A stretch of 64,000 nt of DNA. Origin: Coriobacteriales bacterium (GTDB taxonomy: Bacteria > Actinomycetota > Coriobacteriia > Coriobacteriales > UMGS124). Of this stretch, positions 8,552 to 17,625 are shown one piece after another. The translations under genes and the position numbers were made by a program. The first letter of the stretch is position 1. Each line of letters starts with the position of its first letter. Under the pieces are notes generated by a model. That model saw only the letters and a program-made list of their open reading frames with translations. It had not been told where the DNA came from and searched no databases. Location: contig DBEYOB010000046.1 in the NCBI GenBank assembly GCA_048173955.1, positions 12,413-76,412 on the forward strand. The letters run 5' to 3'.

Positions 8552-10300
8552 CTACGGAGGAGGTGGCCCCCGTCGTTTCCGAGGTGAGTCCCTGATGGGC
8601 TCGATGTTGGAGTCGACGACGCGGTGAGAGGCGTCGACGTCGAGGCCGCAGGTCTGGCACAGGCCGGCCGAGAAACCGGTGCTCGAGGAGACGGTCGCGT
8701 AGAACGGCGGGGTGTCGAGCTTGCAGGCTGCGAGCAAGCGCGGATCCTTGGCGAAGTCGGGGTCCTCGCCAGCCGCGCAATACTCCTGATAGCGCTTGAT
8801 CTCGGCAAGGGCGGTTTCCTTCTGCGCGTCGTCCCACACACCGAGCACGTCGACGAGCTCCTCGATGGTCTCGGCGCAGTACACCTGGTAGGTATCGTCC
8901 TGGTTGTTGGCCTCGCCGGGCGCGTCGCCGGGCTTGATCTGGGACATGGTGTCGCACAGCATGGGCCAGTTGTTGGCGTGCGCATAGTCGACGGCGCTGT
9001 GGCAGGGGGGCATCGTGTACACGATGTTCTGCCAGTTGGCGTCGGCGATCGAGACGATCGAGCCCTTGGGTTGGCGCGGGGCCATGTAGCCGGCGCCCTC
9101 GGCTCCGCCGGCGCACTCGTCGCAGAAGCGCAGGCCCTTCTGGTTGAGCAGCAGCGAGCCGGGGCCCCACGGGGCGCTGATGGTGACCTGGCCGGTGTTC
9201 ATGCCGGCGTGCGGGCCGACCTCGATGTGGCCGCCGGCCCACACACCCATGGCGATGGCCGAGCCGTCGCGCTCGTAGAAGATGGGCATGGTGGTGGCGA
9301 GCTCGATGTCGCCGAGCGACTCGGCGAGGTTGCGGTACTCGTCGTTGATATCGCGCAGCATGTCTGCGTTGCCGCCGAAGTCGCCGCCGCTCAGCACGAT
9401 GGCCTTGGTGCCGGTCAGGCGCTGATACGACTCGTCGTCGACGTTCTTTGCGATGACGGACACGACGCGGCCGGAGTCGTCCTTTTCGAGATACTCGGCG
9501 TGGGTGCTGTAGAACCACACGGCGCCGTTGTCGCGGGAGTCCTGGGCCATCTTGTGCATGACGTCGTTCCATGCCCATGCCTCGCGGATCATCGACGGCG
9601 GACGGAAGATGACGGTGCCGGTGTAGTATTTGAAGCCCGAAGGGTCGCTCACCATGAGCTCGCTGGGCGGGCAGGAGCCCACGTGGGAGTTCTCCTCGAC
9701 CCAGTCGGCGCCCATTTCCTCGATGACCTCTTGCAGCAGCGCGCCGGAGTGCTCCACGTAGTCCTTGATGAAGCGCTGGTTGCTGCGGCCGGCGTTGCGG
9801 CGGTAGACCTCGCGGATGAAGTCCTGGCCGTCGGTCTCGGTGGCGCCGTGCTCGAGGGCCCACGGGTTGTTGATGGTGCCGACCTCGCCGCCGATGTACT
9901 GCATGGCGTCTTCGGGCTGGCCCTCGATGACGGCCACACTCAGGCCGTTTTTGGCGCAGGAGCGCGCGGTCCAGGTGCCTGCCTGACCACCACCGACGAT
10001 GACGACGTCGTACGTGCCGCCGTCGGTGACGAGCGACTCGTCGACGGTCGGCTTGGGGGTGCGCCAAGCCGCGGCGGCCTCGCTCTGCCAGCGGTGCGCC
10101 GGCGTGGCGTTCACGGTTTCGGCCTCGGTGCCGCCGTCCACGGAATTTTCCTCCTGCAGCTTGTCGAAGGGGTCTTCCGCCTCGGCGGCAGCCTCGTCTG
10201 CCAGGGCGGCGACGGGCGCGGTGGCCATCGCGGCTGCCGCCAGGGCAGACGCGCCCTTGACGAAGTTGCGACGGGACATGTCCTGCGTCTGGATTTCCAT
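8552..10300 (-). CDS. Tat-exported FAD-dependent oxidoreductase, apparently lacking the conserved C-terminal ~45 aa
   Basis: ORF 8552..10549, with the start at ATG 10298-10300 (GGAAAGGA upstream). It has the signal MEIQTQDMSRRNFVKGASALAAAAMA...ALA and the motif YDVVIVGGGQAGTW. Similarity to the paralogs stops after RVVDSNIEPI, and the ORF then ends in RDSPRKRRGPPPP instead of the P-GL(Y/F)A-G FAD motif. Confidence 0.75.
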   Translation of the reverse strand: MEIQTQDMSRRNFVKGASALAAAAMATAPVAALADEAAAEAEDPFDKLQEENSVDGGTEAETVNATPAHRWQSEAAAAWRTPKPTVDESLVTDGGTYDVVIVGGGQAGTWTARSCAKNGLSVAVIEGQPEDAMQYIGGEVGTINNPWALEHGATETDGQDFIREVYRRNAGRSNQRFIKDYVEHSGALLQEVIEEMGADWVEENSHVGSCPPSELMVSDPSGFKYYTGTVIFRPPSMIREAWAWNDVMHKMAQDSRDNGAVWFYSTHAEYLEKDDSGRVVSVIAKNVDDESYQRLTGTKAIVLSGGDFGGNADMLRDINDEYRNLAESLGDIELATTMPIFYERDGSAIAMGVWAGGHIEVGPHAGMNTGQVTISAPWGPGSLLLNQKGLRFCDECAGGAEGAGYMAPRQPKGSIVSIADANWQNIVYTMPPCHSAVDYAHANNWPMLCDTMSQIKPGDAPGEANNQDDTYQVYCAETIEELVDVLGVWDDAQKETALAEIKRYQEYCAAGEDPDFAKDPRLLAACKLDTPPFYATVSSSTGFSAGLCQTCGLDVDASHRVVDSNIEPIRDSPRKRRGPPPP

Positions 10301-10793
10301 GCTCGAATCCTTTCCCAATCGGTTGCGGCATGCGGTCGCGCGTGGCCGGCGGGCTGGGCGGGCCGGGCGCCTGACTGGCGTCCGACGGGGTCCGGGTGCA
10401 CGTGCGGGAATCGGAGGCGCGGGACCCGAAAACGTGCGGCCCGAAACCGCGACCCGACGCCAGGAGTCCAGAGCCCGAAGGCGGGGCGATCCGCATGCCC
10501 TGCGGACGATGTCGATGATGGGGCGCGGGCCGCGGCTCGTGTATCCCATCGGGTTCGTGATTCACGCGATGACGGGAACCGATGGCAATTCACCACGGAG
10601 ATATGATGGCATGCGAGCAGGCATTTCAAGGTGCCGGCGGGTCGAAAGGGTCGCCGAACGTTCTCCGCGCGCGGATCGGCGGGGGTCGAGGCGAGGGGGC
10701 GGCAGGGGCGGTTGCGCGCGAACAGCGGGCGAACGGCGGACGGAGCCGCGCGGGAGGCGGATGGCAGTCAATGAAAATCAATAGCGAAAATAT

Positions 10794-10840
10794 CGGACGA
10801 AAGTCACGGTTTTCCCGAGCCAAAGTGTGACTTTCGTCCG
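10794..10840 (-). terminator. Candidate rho-independent terminator downstream of the CoADR gene
   Basis: Perfect 14-bp stem: CGGACGAAAGTCAC (10794-10807) pairs with GTGACTTTCGTCCG (10827-10840), with a 19-nt loop. On the minus strand the hairpin is followed by AUAUUUUCGCUAUUGAUUUUC. Confidence 0.4.
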
Positions 10841-10972
10841 ACAACAGGGTGTCAACGGGTCGAAAAGGCGCCGAGTGCATGCTGCGATACTGCGGGCTCG
10901 CGCGCCTGTGCCCCCCCCCTGTCTCGCGAGAGTCCGCGCCTCACGCTCTCTTGCCTCGCGCGCCCGTGCCCC

Positions 10973-12742
10973 CTACCGCAGCCCGCAGGGGCCCACACCT
11001 TCGGCGAGCGGGGCGCGGTCGGCCGCGGCCACCTGCTGCCGGTCTGCCTCGGCCCCCTGTCGGTCGAGCTCGATCTGCTCCCAAAGGCTGTACCCGCCGG
11101 CGACGTTCTTGCAGGCAAACCCGTGCTGCGCCAGGATGCGGCAGGCAAGGTAGCTGCGCAGGCCGGTCTGGCAGTGCACGTAGAGGGTCACGTCGCGGGG
11201 CAGCTCGCCCAGCCGGTCGCGCAGCTCGTCGAGCGGGATGTGCAGCGCGCCCTCCACGTGGCCGCGGGCGTGCTCGGCGTCGGTCCGCACGTCGACGAGG
11301 ACGCGGCCCCGCGGCATATCGGCCGCGTCGAGCGCCTCGCTCCAGCGCACCTGCTCGACCAGGCCGTCGAGCAGGTTTTCAATCGCATAGCCCGCCATGT
11401 TGACGGGGTCCTTTGCCGAGGAGTAGGGCGGGGCGTAGGCAAGGTCGAGCTCGGTCAGGTCGCGCGCGGTCATGCGGGCGCGCACCGCCACAGCGAGCAC
11501 GTCGATGCGCTTGTCGACGCCTTCGCGGCCGATGGCCTGGGCGCCCACGATGCGTCCGCCGGGTTTCTCGAACACCACCTTGAGCGCGATGGGGTGCGAG
11601 CCGGGATAGTAGGTCGCGTGGCTGGGCGGCGTCAGGATCACCGCGTCGCAGTCGAGGCCGGCGGTCCGGGCGGCTTTTTCGGTGAGGCCGGTGGTGGCTA
11701 CGGTCAGGTCGAACGCCTTCATGACCGAGGAGCCCTGCGACCCGGTGAAGCTGGTCGGGATTCCGCAGATGTTGTCCGCCGCGATGCGGCCCTGCTTGTT
11801 GGCGGGGCCGGCGAGGGCGATGAGCGCCGGCTGCCCGGTGACGGCGTTGACGACCTCGACCGCGTCGCCCACGGCGTAGATGTCGGGGTCGCTCGTGCGC
11901 ATGCGCTCGTCGACGCGGATGGCGTCGCGCAATCCCAACTCGAGCCCGGCCTCGCGGGCGAGCGTGCTGTCGGGCCGCACACCGACGGCGAGGATCGCCA
12001 TGTCGGAGACGAGCGGGTCTCGCCCTTCGAGGAGGGTCGCCACGCGGGCGCTGCGGTGCCCCGTTTCGGCGTCGCGTCCCGGCGCCTGAGCAAACCCGGC
12101 GACGGCGGCGTTGAGCGCGAGGCGCACGCCATGGGAGCGCAGGTGGTTGTGGAGGATGGGCGCCATGTCGTCGTCGAGCGTGGGCATCACGTGGCCGCCG
12201 CGCTGGACCACGGTGACCGCAAGGCCGCGCTCCGTCAGGTTCTCGGCCATCTCCAGTCCGATGAACCCGCCGCCCACCACGGTGGCGCTGCGCGGGGCGG
12301 TCTGCTCGACGAAGTCGGCGATAGCGAACGTGTCTTCCACCGTGCGCAGAGTGAACAGGTGCTCGATGTCGGTCCCCGGGATTGGCGGCACGACGGGCAG
12401 GGCCCCGGGTGCGAGGACGAGCTTGTCGTAGGGCTCGAGGTAGGTCGAGCTGTCGTGGAGCCGGCGCACCGTCACGGTTTTGGCGGCGCGGTCGATGGAG
12501 ACGACCTCCTGATGGGTGCGCGCATCGATGCGGAAGCGCCGCCAGAAGCTGTCGGGGGTCTGCAGGGTGAGCCGCGCGCGGTCCCGGATGACGCCGCCCA
12601 CGTAGTAGGGCAGCCCGCAGTTCGCGTAGCTCACGTACCCCGTGCGCTCGACGACCACGATCTGCGCCTGCTCGTCCAGGCGACGCAGGCGCGCGGCCGC
12701 CGTCGCTCCGCCTGCGACCCCGCCGACGATGACCACCTTCAT
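10973..12742 (-). CDS. CoA-disulfide reductase / NADH oxidase-type pyridine nucleotide-disulfide oxidoreductase with C-terminal rhodanese domain
   Basis: ORF 10973..12769, with the start at ATG 12740-12742 (GGAAGGAG upstream). It has MKVVIVGGVAGGATAAARLRR, the redox Cys context SYANCGLPYY, and a rhodanese active-site loop YVHCQTGLRS near the C-terminus. Confidence 0.85.
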   Translation of the reverse strand: MKVVIVGGVAGGATAAARLRRLDEQAQIVVVERTGYVSYANCGLPYYVGGVIRDRARLTLQTPDSFWRRFRIDARTHQEVVSIDRAAKTVTVRRLHDSSTYLEPYDKLVLAPGALPVVPPIPGTDIEHLFTLRTVEDTFAIADFVEQTAPRSATVVGGGFIGLEMAENLTERGLAVTVVQRGGHVMPTLDDDMAPILHNHLRSHGVRLALNAAVAGFAQAPGRDAETGHRSARVATLLEGRDPLVSDMAILAVGVRPDSTLAREAGLELGLRDAIRVDERMRTSDPDIYAVGDAVEVVNAVTGQPALIALAGPANKQGRIAADNICGIPTSFTGSQGSSVMKAFDLTVATTGLTEKAARTAGLDCDAVILTPPSHATYYPGSHPIALKVVFEKPGGRIVGAQAIGREGVDKRIDVLAVAVRARMTARDLTELDLAYAPPYSSAKDPVNMAGYAIENLLDGLVEQVRWSEALDAADMPRGRVLVDVRTDAEHARGHVEGALHIPLDELRDRLGELPRDVTLYVHCQTGLRSYLACRILAQHGFACKNVAGGYSLWEQIELDRQGAEADRQQVAAADRAPLAEGVGPCGLR

Positions 12743-13112
12743 GTCGCGCTCCTTCCGTGTCGCCCGCACCTACGTTTCCGGGCAGCTGGGCAGCTCTCTA
12801 TCCGACCGTCCTTCGGTACCATAGCATGCAGGCGATGATGGCGTGCGGGCGGCGGTTTTCGGGGAACGGCCCGGGGAGCGATGCGCAATCTCGCGTGGCT
12901 CGCGCGGCGATGTTCCGACCGAATTCGGCGTGTTCGTAGCAGATCGTTCGGGTGTGCGCGATTCTTCTGGCGCTCAAAATGCCGGCAACTCGGCAAACTG
13001 AAGGATAATCTTCCGGATATGAAAGTCAGGTTTCCTCTCATGCCCTGATTGCGTCTGACGGCCGTCGAACCCTCCGTACATACCCGATTGATTTGCTACG
13101 CCAGGCCGAATT

Positions 13113-13183
13113 TGCGTCGGAAGTCGCGCGGCTTGCGTCGGAAGTCGCGCGGCTCGCGTCGGAAGTCGCGCGGCTCGCGTTGC
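13113..13183. repeat. 21-bp tandem repeat, about 3.3 copies
   Basis: The unit (T/C)GCGTCGGAAGTCGCGCGGCT occupies 13113-13133, 13134-13154 and 13155-13175, followed by a partial fourth copy. It is intergenic. Confidence 0.8.
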
Positions 13184-13369
13184 AATCTCGCGCGGGCGCT
13201 CTGGTTTGCGCGGCCCTCCGCCGAGCTTTGCCGCGATTCCCGCCAGTCTCGTGCCATCCACCGAGTGGCGGGGCCGCCCTCCCTGCGGAAGGCGGCCCCG
13301 CCGATGCGTGCCGTTGCTGTTTGCCGGTGCCGTTTCCGTGCCGCCTGGCACCGTCCCCGCGCCGCCGCG

Positions 13370-14890
13370 CTACTCCTCGACGGTGCTCAGCGTGATGTCC
13401 GTTAGCACGCCGTCGTCGAACCACAGGCTGACGGTCTTGTAGTACTCGTCGGGCGTGGGGTTGAAGTCGAACGAGCGCGCCGTGCCGTCGTCCGAAGTCC
13501 AGTCGAACGCAGGCTCTCCGAAGACGGCGAGGGCCTCGTCGGGCGTCGCGGCGCCGAGCGCAAGGCCGCCGGAAATCTGAACCGTGTGGTCGCCGATGCT
13601 GCCGGCGTGGAACGAGACGCTCGAGACCATGCAGTTCTCAAAGGTCTGCTCGGAGCCCGAGCTGTTGTAGATCGTCGCCGTGACGTAGATGTAGTCGTCC
13701 GGGTCGCCGGAATAGAGCGAGACGGTCGTCTGGTAGCCGTCCTCGAGCACGTCGGTCGCCTCGTCGCCCTCGAACGTGAAGCCGAGCTCCTCGAAGTTGG
13801 CCACGGGGCAGGGGAGCTGCACGACGGTGTCGTCGACGAGCGCCTGGAAGCTGAACGGGTCGTCGGAGAGCTCGGCGGGCGCGGGGGCCGCCTCGAGGGC
13901 GGGAGCGTTGGCCGCGTCGGACCCCGAGCCGTTCGAGGACGCGGCCGCGTCGGTCGCGTCCTTCTGGGAGGCGGCGTCCCACGTGTAGTCGTCGTCACAG
14001 CGCAGCGTGACGTCGGAGAGCACGTCGCCGACTACGGTGAAGTCGACGTGGGTGAGCGGGGAGTCGTCCCGCTCGTAGCTGAACGCCACGTAGTCGCCGT
14101 CGATGAAGGGGTCCTCGGCCGGGCCGTAGACCGCCTCGATGTCGGCCTGCGACGAGGTGCCGATCGAGATGCCGCCGGGAAGCACGACCTCGTGCCCCTC
14201 GAGCCCGTACTCGGTGAGCGAGACCATGTCGACGGCGCACTCCTCGAAAGGTAGCTCCGTGCCGGACGCGTTGTAGAGGCTGCAGGTGATGTAGACGTAG
14301 TCGTCGGGGTCGCCGTAGTAGAGCGTGGTGGTCGTGGAGTAGCCGTCTTCGAGCACGTCGCCCGCCTCGTCCTCGGCGAGGGAGAAGCCCGCACGCTCGA
14401 GGTCGGACAGCTTGCAGGGCAGCTGAAAGACCTTCCCGTCGAGTTGGAACTGCATGGCGAACGGGTCGTCGGAAAGCTCGAGGGGGGCTTCTTCGCCGGC
14501 GTCTTCGGCCGCGGCCGTCCCCGCCGCAATCGCGGCGTCGCGGGCCGTCCCGCCTGCGGACGCCTCCGTGCTGGCGGCGTCCGCCTCGTCGGCGGCGTCC
14601 GACTCATCGGTGGCGCCCGCCTCGTCGGCAGAGGACGAGGTCCCCATGCCCGAAAGGAGCCCGCCGGACGTCGAGGTGCTCTCTGCTGCACCCTCGGCGG
14701 ACGGGGTCTGGTCATCGGTTGCGTCGGCCCCTGCCCCGAGCTGGGCGGCGATGCCCGCAAGGAGCGAGCCGGACGAAGAGCCTTCCGATCCGGTCTCCGC
14801 GGCGAGGGAAACGGTCGCGAAACCTCCGATGCCCAAGCCCAGCGTGGCCACCAGCGCGGCCGATACGGCGAGCGGTGCTTTGCGTTCCAT
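13370..14890 (-). CDS. Secreted or membrane-anchored protein of unknown function with an internally duplicated ~150-aa domain
   Basis: ORF 13370..15085, with the start at ATG 14888-14890 (GAGAGGA upstream). The signal/anchor is MERKAPLAVSAALVATLGLGIGGFATVSLA, followed by a Ser/Gly/Asp/Ala-rich linker. Two homologous modules follow, both beginning (L/A)ELSDDPF and sharing DVLEDGY-TT--LY-GDPDDY-Y. Confidence 0.7.
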   Translation of the reverse strand: MERKAPLAVSAALVATLGLGIGGFATVSLAAETGSEGSSSGSLLAGIAAQLGAGADATDDQTPSAEGAAESTSTSGGLLSGMGTSSSADEAGATDESDAADEADAASTEASAGGTARDAAIAAGTAAAEDAGEEAPLELSDDPFAMQFQLDGKVFQLPCKLSDLERAGFSLAEDEAGDVLEDGYSTTTTLYYGDPDDYVYITCSLYNASGTELPFEECAVDMVSLTEYGLEGHEVVLPGGISIGTSSQADIEAVYGPAEDPFIDGDYVAFSYERDDSPLTHVDFTVVGDVLSDVTLRCDDDYTWDAASQKDATDAAASSNGSGSDAANAPALEAAPAPAELSDDPFSFQALVDDTVVQLPCPVANFEELGFTFEGDEATDVLEDGYQTTVSLYSGDPDDYIYVTATIYNSSGSEQTFENCMVSSVSFHAGSIGDHTVQISGGLALGAATPDEALAVFGEPAFDWTSDDGTARSFDFNPTPDEYYKTVSLWFDDGVLTDITLSTVEE

Positions 14891-15151
14891 GGTCGTCCTC
14901 TCTGTGCGCGTGGGGCGGCATCGTGTTTCCCGCGCGGCGACGTGCCCCTCCGCCGCCGTGCACGAACATTGTATGCCGGGGGTGTCCCGCACGCCACGGT
15001 TTCCTGAAACTTGTTCCCCCGCGCGGGGTGGCGTTCGCGCGGGGCGGCGTTCGACTGGCAAGGCGGCGTTCGCGCGGGGCGGCATTCGACCGGAGGGGCC
15101 GGATGCCGCAGCTGGCGGGACGGCGCGCTTCGGTTTGCGGGGCCGAAAGCC

Positions 15152-15901
15152 TCAGCTTGCCTGCAGCATCTGCCGATAGAGCTCCTCGAGCCCTGCGCAG
15201 CGGCTCCCCAGCGACGCGGTGAGCCTCGGTGCCGAGGGTTCGCTGCGCTTTGCCGGCGTTGCCAGGTATGCGGAGAGCGCCTGCCGTTGCTGGCGGTATT
15301 CTCCGGAAAGGAGCTGCCGCAGGAGCTCGGCGGTCACCTGGGCGTCGTAGAGGGCCTGGTGGGCGCTGTTGACGTTGAGCGCCGCCCCGGTCCAGTCGGC
15401 TGCCGTTTTGAGCGACATGAGCTTGCGGCGGTCGCCCACCTGCATCAGGCGCGGATAGATGCGCTGCAGGTCGAGCCAGTGGCGCATCTGGTCGGGAAGT
15501 TCGATGCCCTTGCGGGCGCATTCGCCTTCGACCTGCCTTTTGTCGGTGCCGCTCCATGTGACGAGACGCGTGCGGCCGGAACCGGCCCATGCGGCGAAGC
15601 TTTCGACGACCTCTTCGAGCGGCTCGGCGTCGCGCAGGTCGGCGTCGCGGATGCCGGTCAGATTTACGATCCAGGGGGCGACGTGCGCGGCATATGCGGG
15701 CTTGATGCGCCTGCAGAACGTGTCAACCGTGTTGCCGCAGGCGTCCACCCTGACGGCGCCGATTTCGATGATTTCGTTACGCAGGCCGAAGTGCCGTGCG
15801 CTCCTGGGCGTCGGGGTGAACTCGAGGTCCACGACGATGTTCTGAATGGACGGAATGCCGTTGGCAGTGTGCCGTGCGTCTCGGTATGCGTCGTCCTGCA
15901 T
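15152..15901 (-). CDS. DEDDh-type 3'-5' exonuclease (DnaQ/KapD-like)
   Basis: 249-aa ORF with the exo motifs VVDLEFT, EIIEIGAV, WSGTDKRQ and SAHQALYDA. GGGAGGG lies upstream of the ATG. Confidence 0.8.
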   Translation of the reverse strand: MQDDAYRDARHTANGIPSIQNIVVDLEFTPTPRSARHFGLRNEIIEIGAVRVDACGNTVDTFCRRIKPAYAAHVAPWIVNLTGIRDADLRDAEPLEEVVESFAAWAGSGRTRLVTWSGTDKRQVEGECARKGIELPDQMRHWLDLQRIYPRLMQVGDRRKLMSLKTAADWTGAALNVNSAHQALYDAQVTAELLRQLLSGEYRQQRQALSAYLATPAKRSEPSAPRLTASLGSRCAGLEELYRQMLQAS

Positions 15902-16048
15902 GGTTGCCCTCCCGACCCTCGTGCCGTGCCGTGCGCGTGCATGCGGTGCGCGCGAATGTGGCGCGCGCGTGCGATGCGTTCGATGAGAACCAGCATACGG
16001 ATCGGGCGGAGGGATTCTTGTACAAGGAGGCCCGCAGCGGGCGGGGTG

Positions 16049-16194
16049 GGCACGTGATTCTGCAGGTGAGGGGTGGACGTTTTGCGGCCGAGTGCGTGAT
16101 TCTGCAGGCGGTGATGGTCGTTTTGCGGCCGAGTGCGTGATTTCCAGAAAGTGATGGTCATTTTGCCACCGAATGCGTGCGGAAAATGGCCGCC
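16049..16194. repeat. Degenerate ~41-bp tandem array (about 3.6 units) forming the left part of the R1 element
   Basis: The units start at 16049, 16090, 16131 and 16171. Each begins G(A/C)(G/A)(T/C)GCGTG and ends GGTC(G/A)TTTTGC(G/C)(G/A)CC. Confidence 0.7.
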
Positions 16195-16360
16195 TACGGG
16201 TGCGGTTCGCTCTTGGCGGGTAGCGGCGGCTCGTCTACCAGGCATTTCGCTATGGGGTCAAGAATAAGAGGGGAGCACGCCTCCCTTTCCCGCACGCACT
16301 CGCTGGTTTTTTGACCGGTACTTTTCCGGAAACACGCACTCGGCTCCCGATTGACCACCG
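16131..16360. repeat. R1 repeat, copy A (230 bp), MITE-like with ~31-bp imperfect inverted ends
   Basis: It aligns base for base with 21700-21929 with only 3 mismatches (at 16200, 16227 and 16289). The inverted ends are CGAGTGCGTGATTTCCAGAAAGTGATGGTCA and TTGACCGGTACTTTTCCGGAAACACGCACTCGG. Confidence 0.9.
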
Positions 16361-16458
16361 CGCTCTCGCGCCCTGCCCGCAATCACGCACTCGGCCTCGG
16401 ATTGGCCACCCCGCACGACAATCCTGACGTTCCTCATGCTTTTCTTCGTTGCGTCCGC

Positions 16459-17382
16459 TTACGCCATCCCGCCCACTGCGCCCCGGCCGTCGCGTTCGGC
16501 GATAGCCCCTTGCAGCGCTTCGACGAACCTCGACCGCGCATCCCACGTTTCTCGCGTTCCCACCAGGAAGATAGGCAGGTACATGGGTGGCTCGAGCGGG
16601 ACCGTTGCGATAGAGGGCTGCAGCTCCGAGTAGCCCTCGGGAGCGATCATCGTGTTGCCCTCCTGCCAGTAACGGTCGTAAGCGTCCATGTTGTAGTCGT
16701 TCTCGTTGTCAACAATGGCGATGTCTCGCGCTCCGTGCGTCTCTAGATACGACCGAACGGAGTCGATGGGCGGTACGTGGCCGCGCTTCACCATGCCGAC
16801 GGTCATGCCGGAGAGATCGTCAACGGTCGCATGTGTCTTTTTTGCAAGGGGATGGTCACGCTGGACGGCGATACAGAGCGCGAGTTGCCCGATCTCGAGG
16901 CCTTCCAGCTTTGGATGGCGTTCGCGGTCGAAGGGGCCGATGACGAAGTCGGTGACGTTGTCGAGCAGGTCGTATACCTTTTCGACGGAGTCGTACTTGA
17001 TGCCGATGGGAACGACCTGGATGATGAACTGCGCAGAGAAACAGCCAGCATGGTTCCAAAGGTCGGTCAGAACTCTGATCGACCCGGCGTAGGGGGCACT
17101 GACGCGCACGGTGCTCGCTTTGGCGCCGGCGACCTTCCAGGCGCGGTCGACCATTTCCCGCGTTTCCGCAAGCAGGCGCCGGGCGTCTCCGTACACCGAC
17201 TTTCCCGCCTCGGTCGGGACGACGCCCTTGTTGGTTCGCGTGAGCAGCGGAAGGCCGACCCACGATTCAAGTCGGTTAATGCGCTTCATGACGGCGACCG
17301 GAGATAGATACAGCTCAGAGGCAGCCTGAGAGAGGCTACCCCTCTCGACGGTGCAAACAAACGCCCTGAGGTTTTCGTACAT
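16459..17382 (-). CDS. LysR-family transcriptional regulator
   Basis: ORF 16459..17490, with the start at ATG 17380-17382. The N-terminal wHTH is MYENLRAFVCTVERGSLSQAASELYLSPVAVMKRINRLESWVGLPLLTRT. The gene is divergent from the molybdoenzyme operon. Confidence 0.85.
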   Translation of the reverse strand: MYENLRAFVCTVERGSLSQAASELYLSPVAVMKRINRLESWVGLPLLTRTNKGVVPTEAGKSVYGDARRLLAETREMVDRAWKVAGAKASTVRVSAPYAGSIRVLTDLWNHAGCFSAQFIIQVVPIGIKYDSVEKVYDLLDNVTDFVIGPFDRERHPKLEGLEIGQLALCIAVQRDHPLAKKTHATVDDLSGMTVGMVKRGHVPPIDSVRSYLETHGARDIAIVDNENDYNMDAYDRYWQEGNTMIAPEGYSELQPSIATVPLEPPMYLPIFLVGTRETWDARSRFVEALQGAIAERDGRGAVGGMA

Positions 17383-17496
17383 GGCCGCCGCCTTTCGACG
17401 AGAGCGCTCTTTCAGAGGCGCAAACCGATGCCAGTATGGTAACGGCCCTTCCGTTGCTGCGCACAATGCGCAGGTGACCACTCCTGTCAAATAGCT

Positions 17497-17511
17497 TTAA
17501 CCGTCGGTTAA
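17497..17511. promoter_or_regulatory. Candidate LysR box (T-N11-A palindrome TTAACCGTCGGTTAA)
   Basis: The 15-bp palindrome is perfect apart from its central base. It sits 114 nt from the lysR start codon and 114 nt from the molybdoenzyme start codon. Confidence 0.4.
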
Positions 17512-17625
17512 CGCATCGTTATCTACTTGGATATTCCACACCGCCGCGCGACGGTACAACAATACATCCAGGCTGCCGGTTGCGGATCGGCGCACCGGCG
17601 TTATGGAAAAGAGGGAGAGGGCACT

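Noticed and set aside
8043-10565. 840-aa minus-strand ORF
   Set aside because: It is an out-of-frame overlap with the well-supported flavoprotein frame (8552..10300). The sequence is Arg/Pro/Gly-rich except for the final LuxR-like ~160 aa.
10301-10972. ORFs in the 670-bp spacer between the flavoprotein and the CoADR genes (for example 10582..10830 and 9999..10784)
   Set aside because: They are Gly/Arg-rich with low complexity, and have no RBS or motifs. The region more likely holds the flavoprotein promoter or leader and the CoADR terminator.
13113-13183. Possible CRISPR array (also considered for 27850-27930 and 16049-16194)
   Set aside because: The repeats are directly adjacent with no unique spacers, there are only 2-4 units, and no cas genes are in the window.
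16250-16546. Small ORFs at 16250..16546 and 21819..22100 sharing the peptide RWSIGSRVRVSGKVPVKKPASAC, which looks conserved
   Set aside because: The shared peptide is simply the translation of the duplicated R1 DNA repeat. The ORFs diverge outside the repeat and have no RBS and no protein-like composition.
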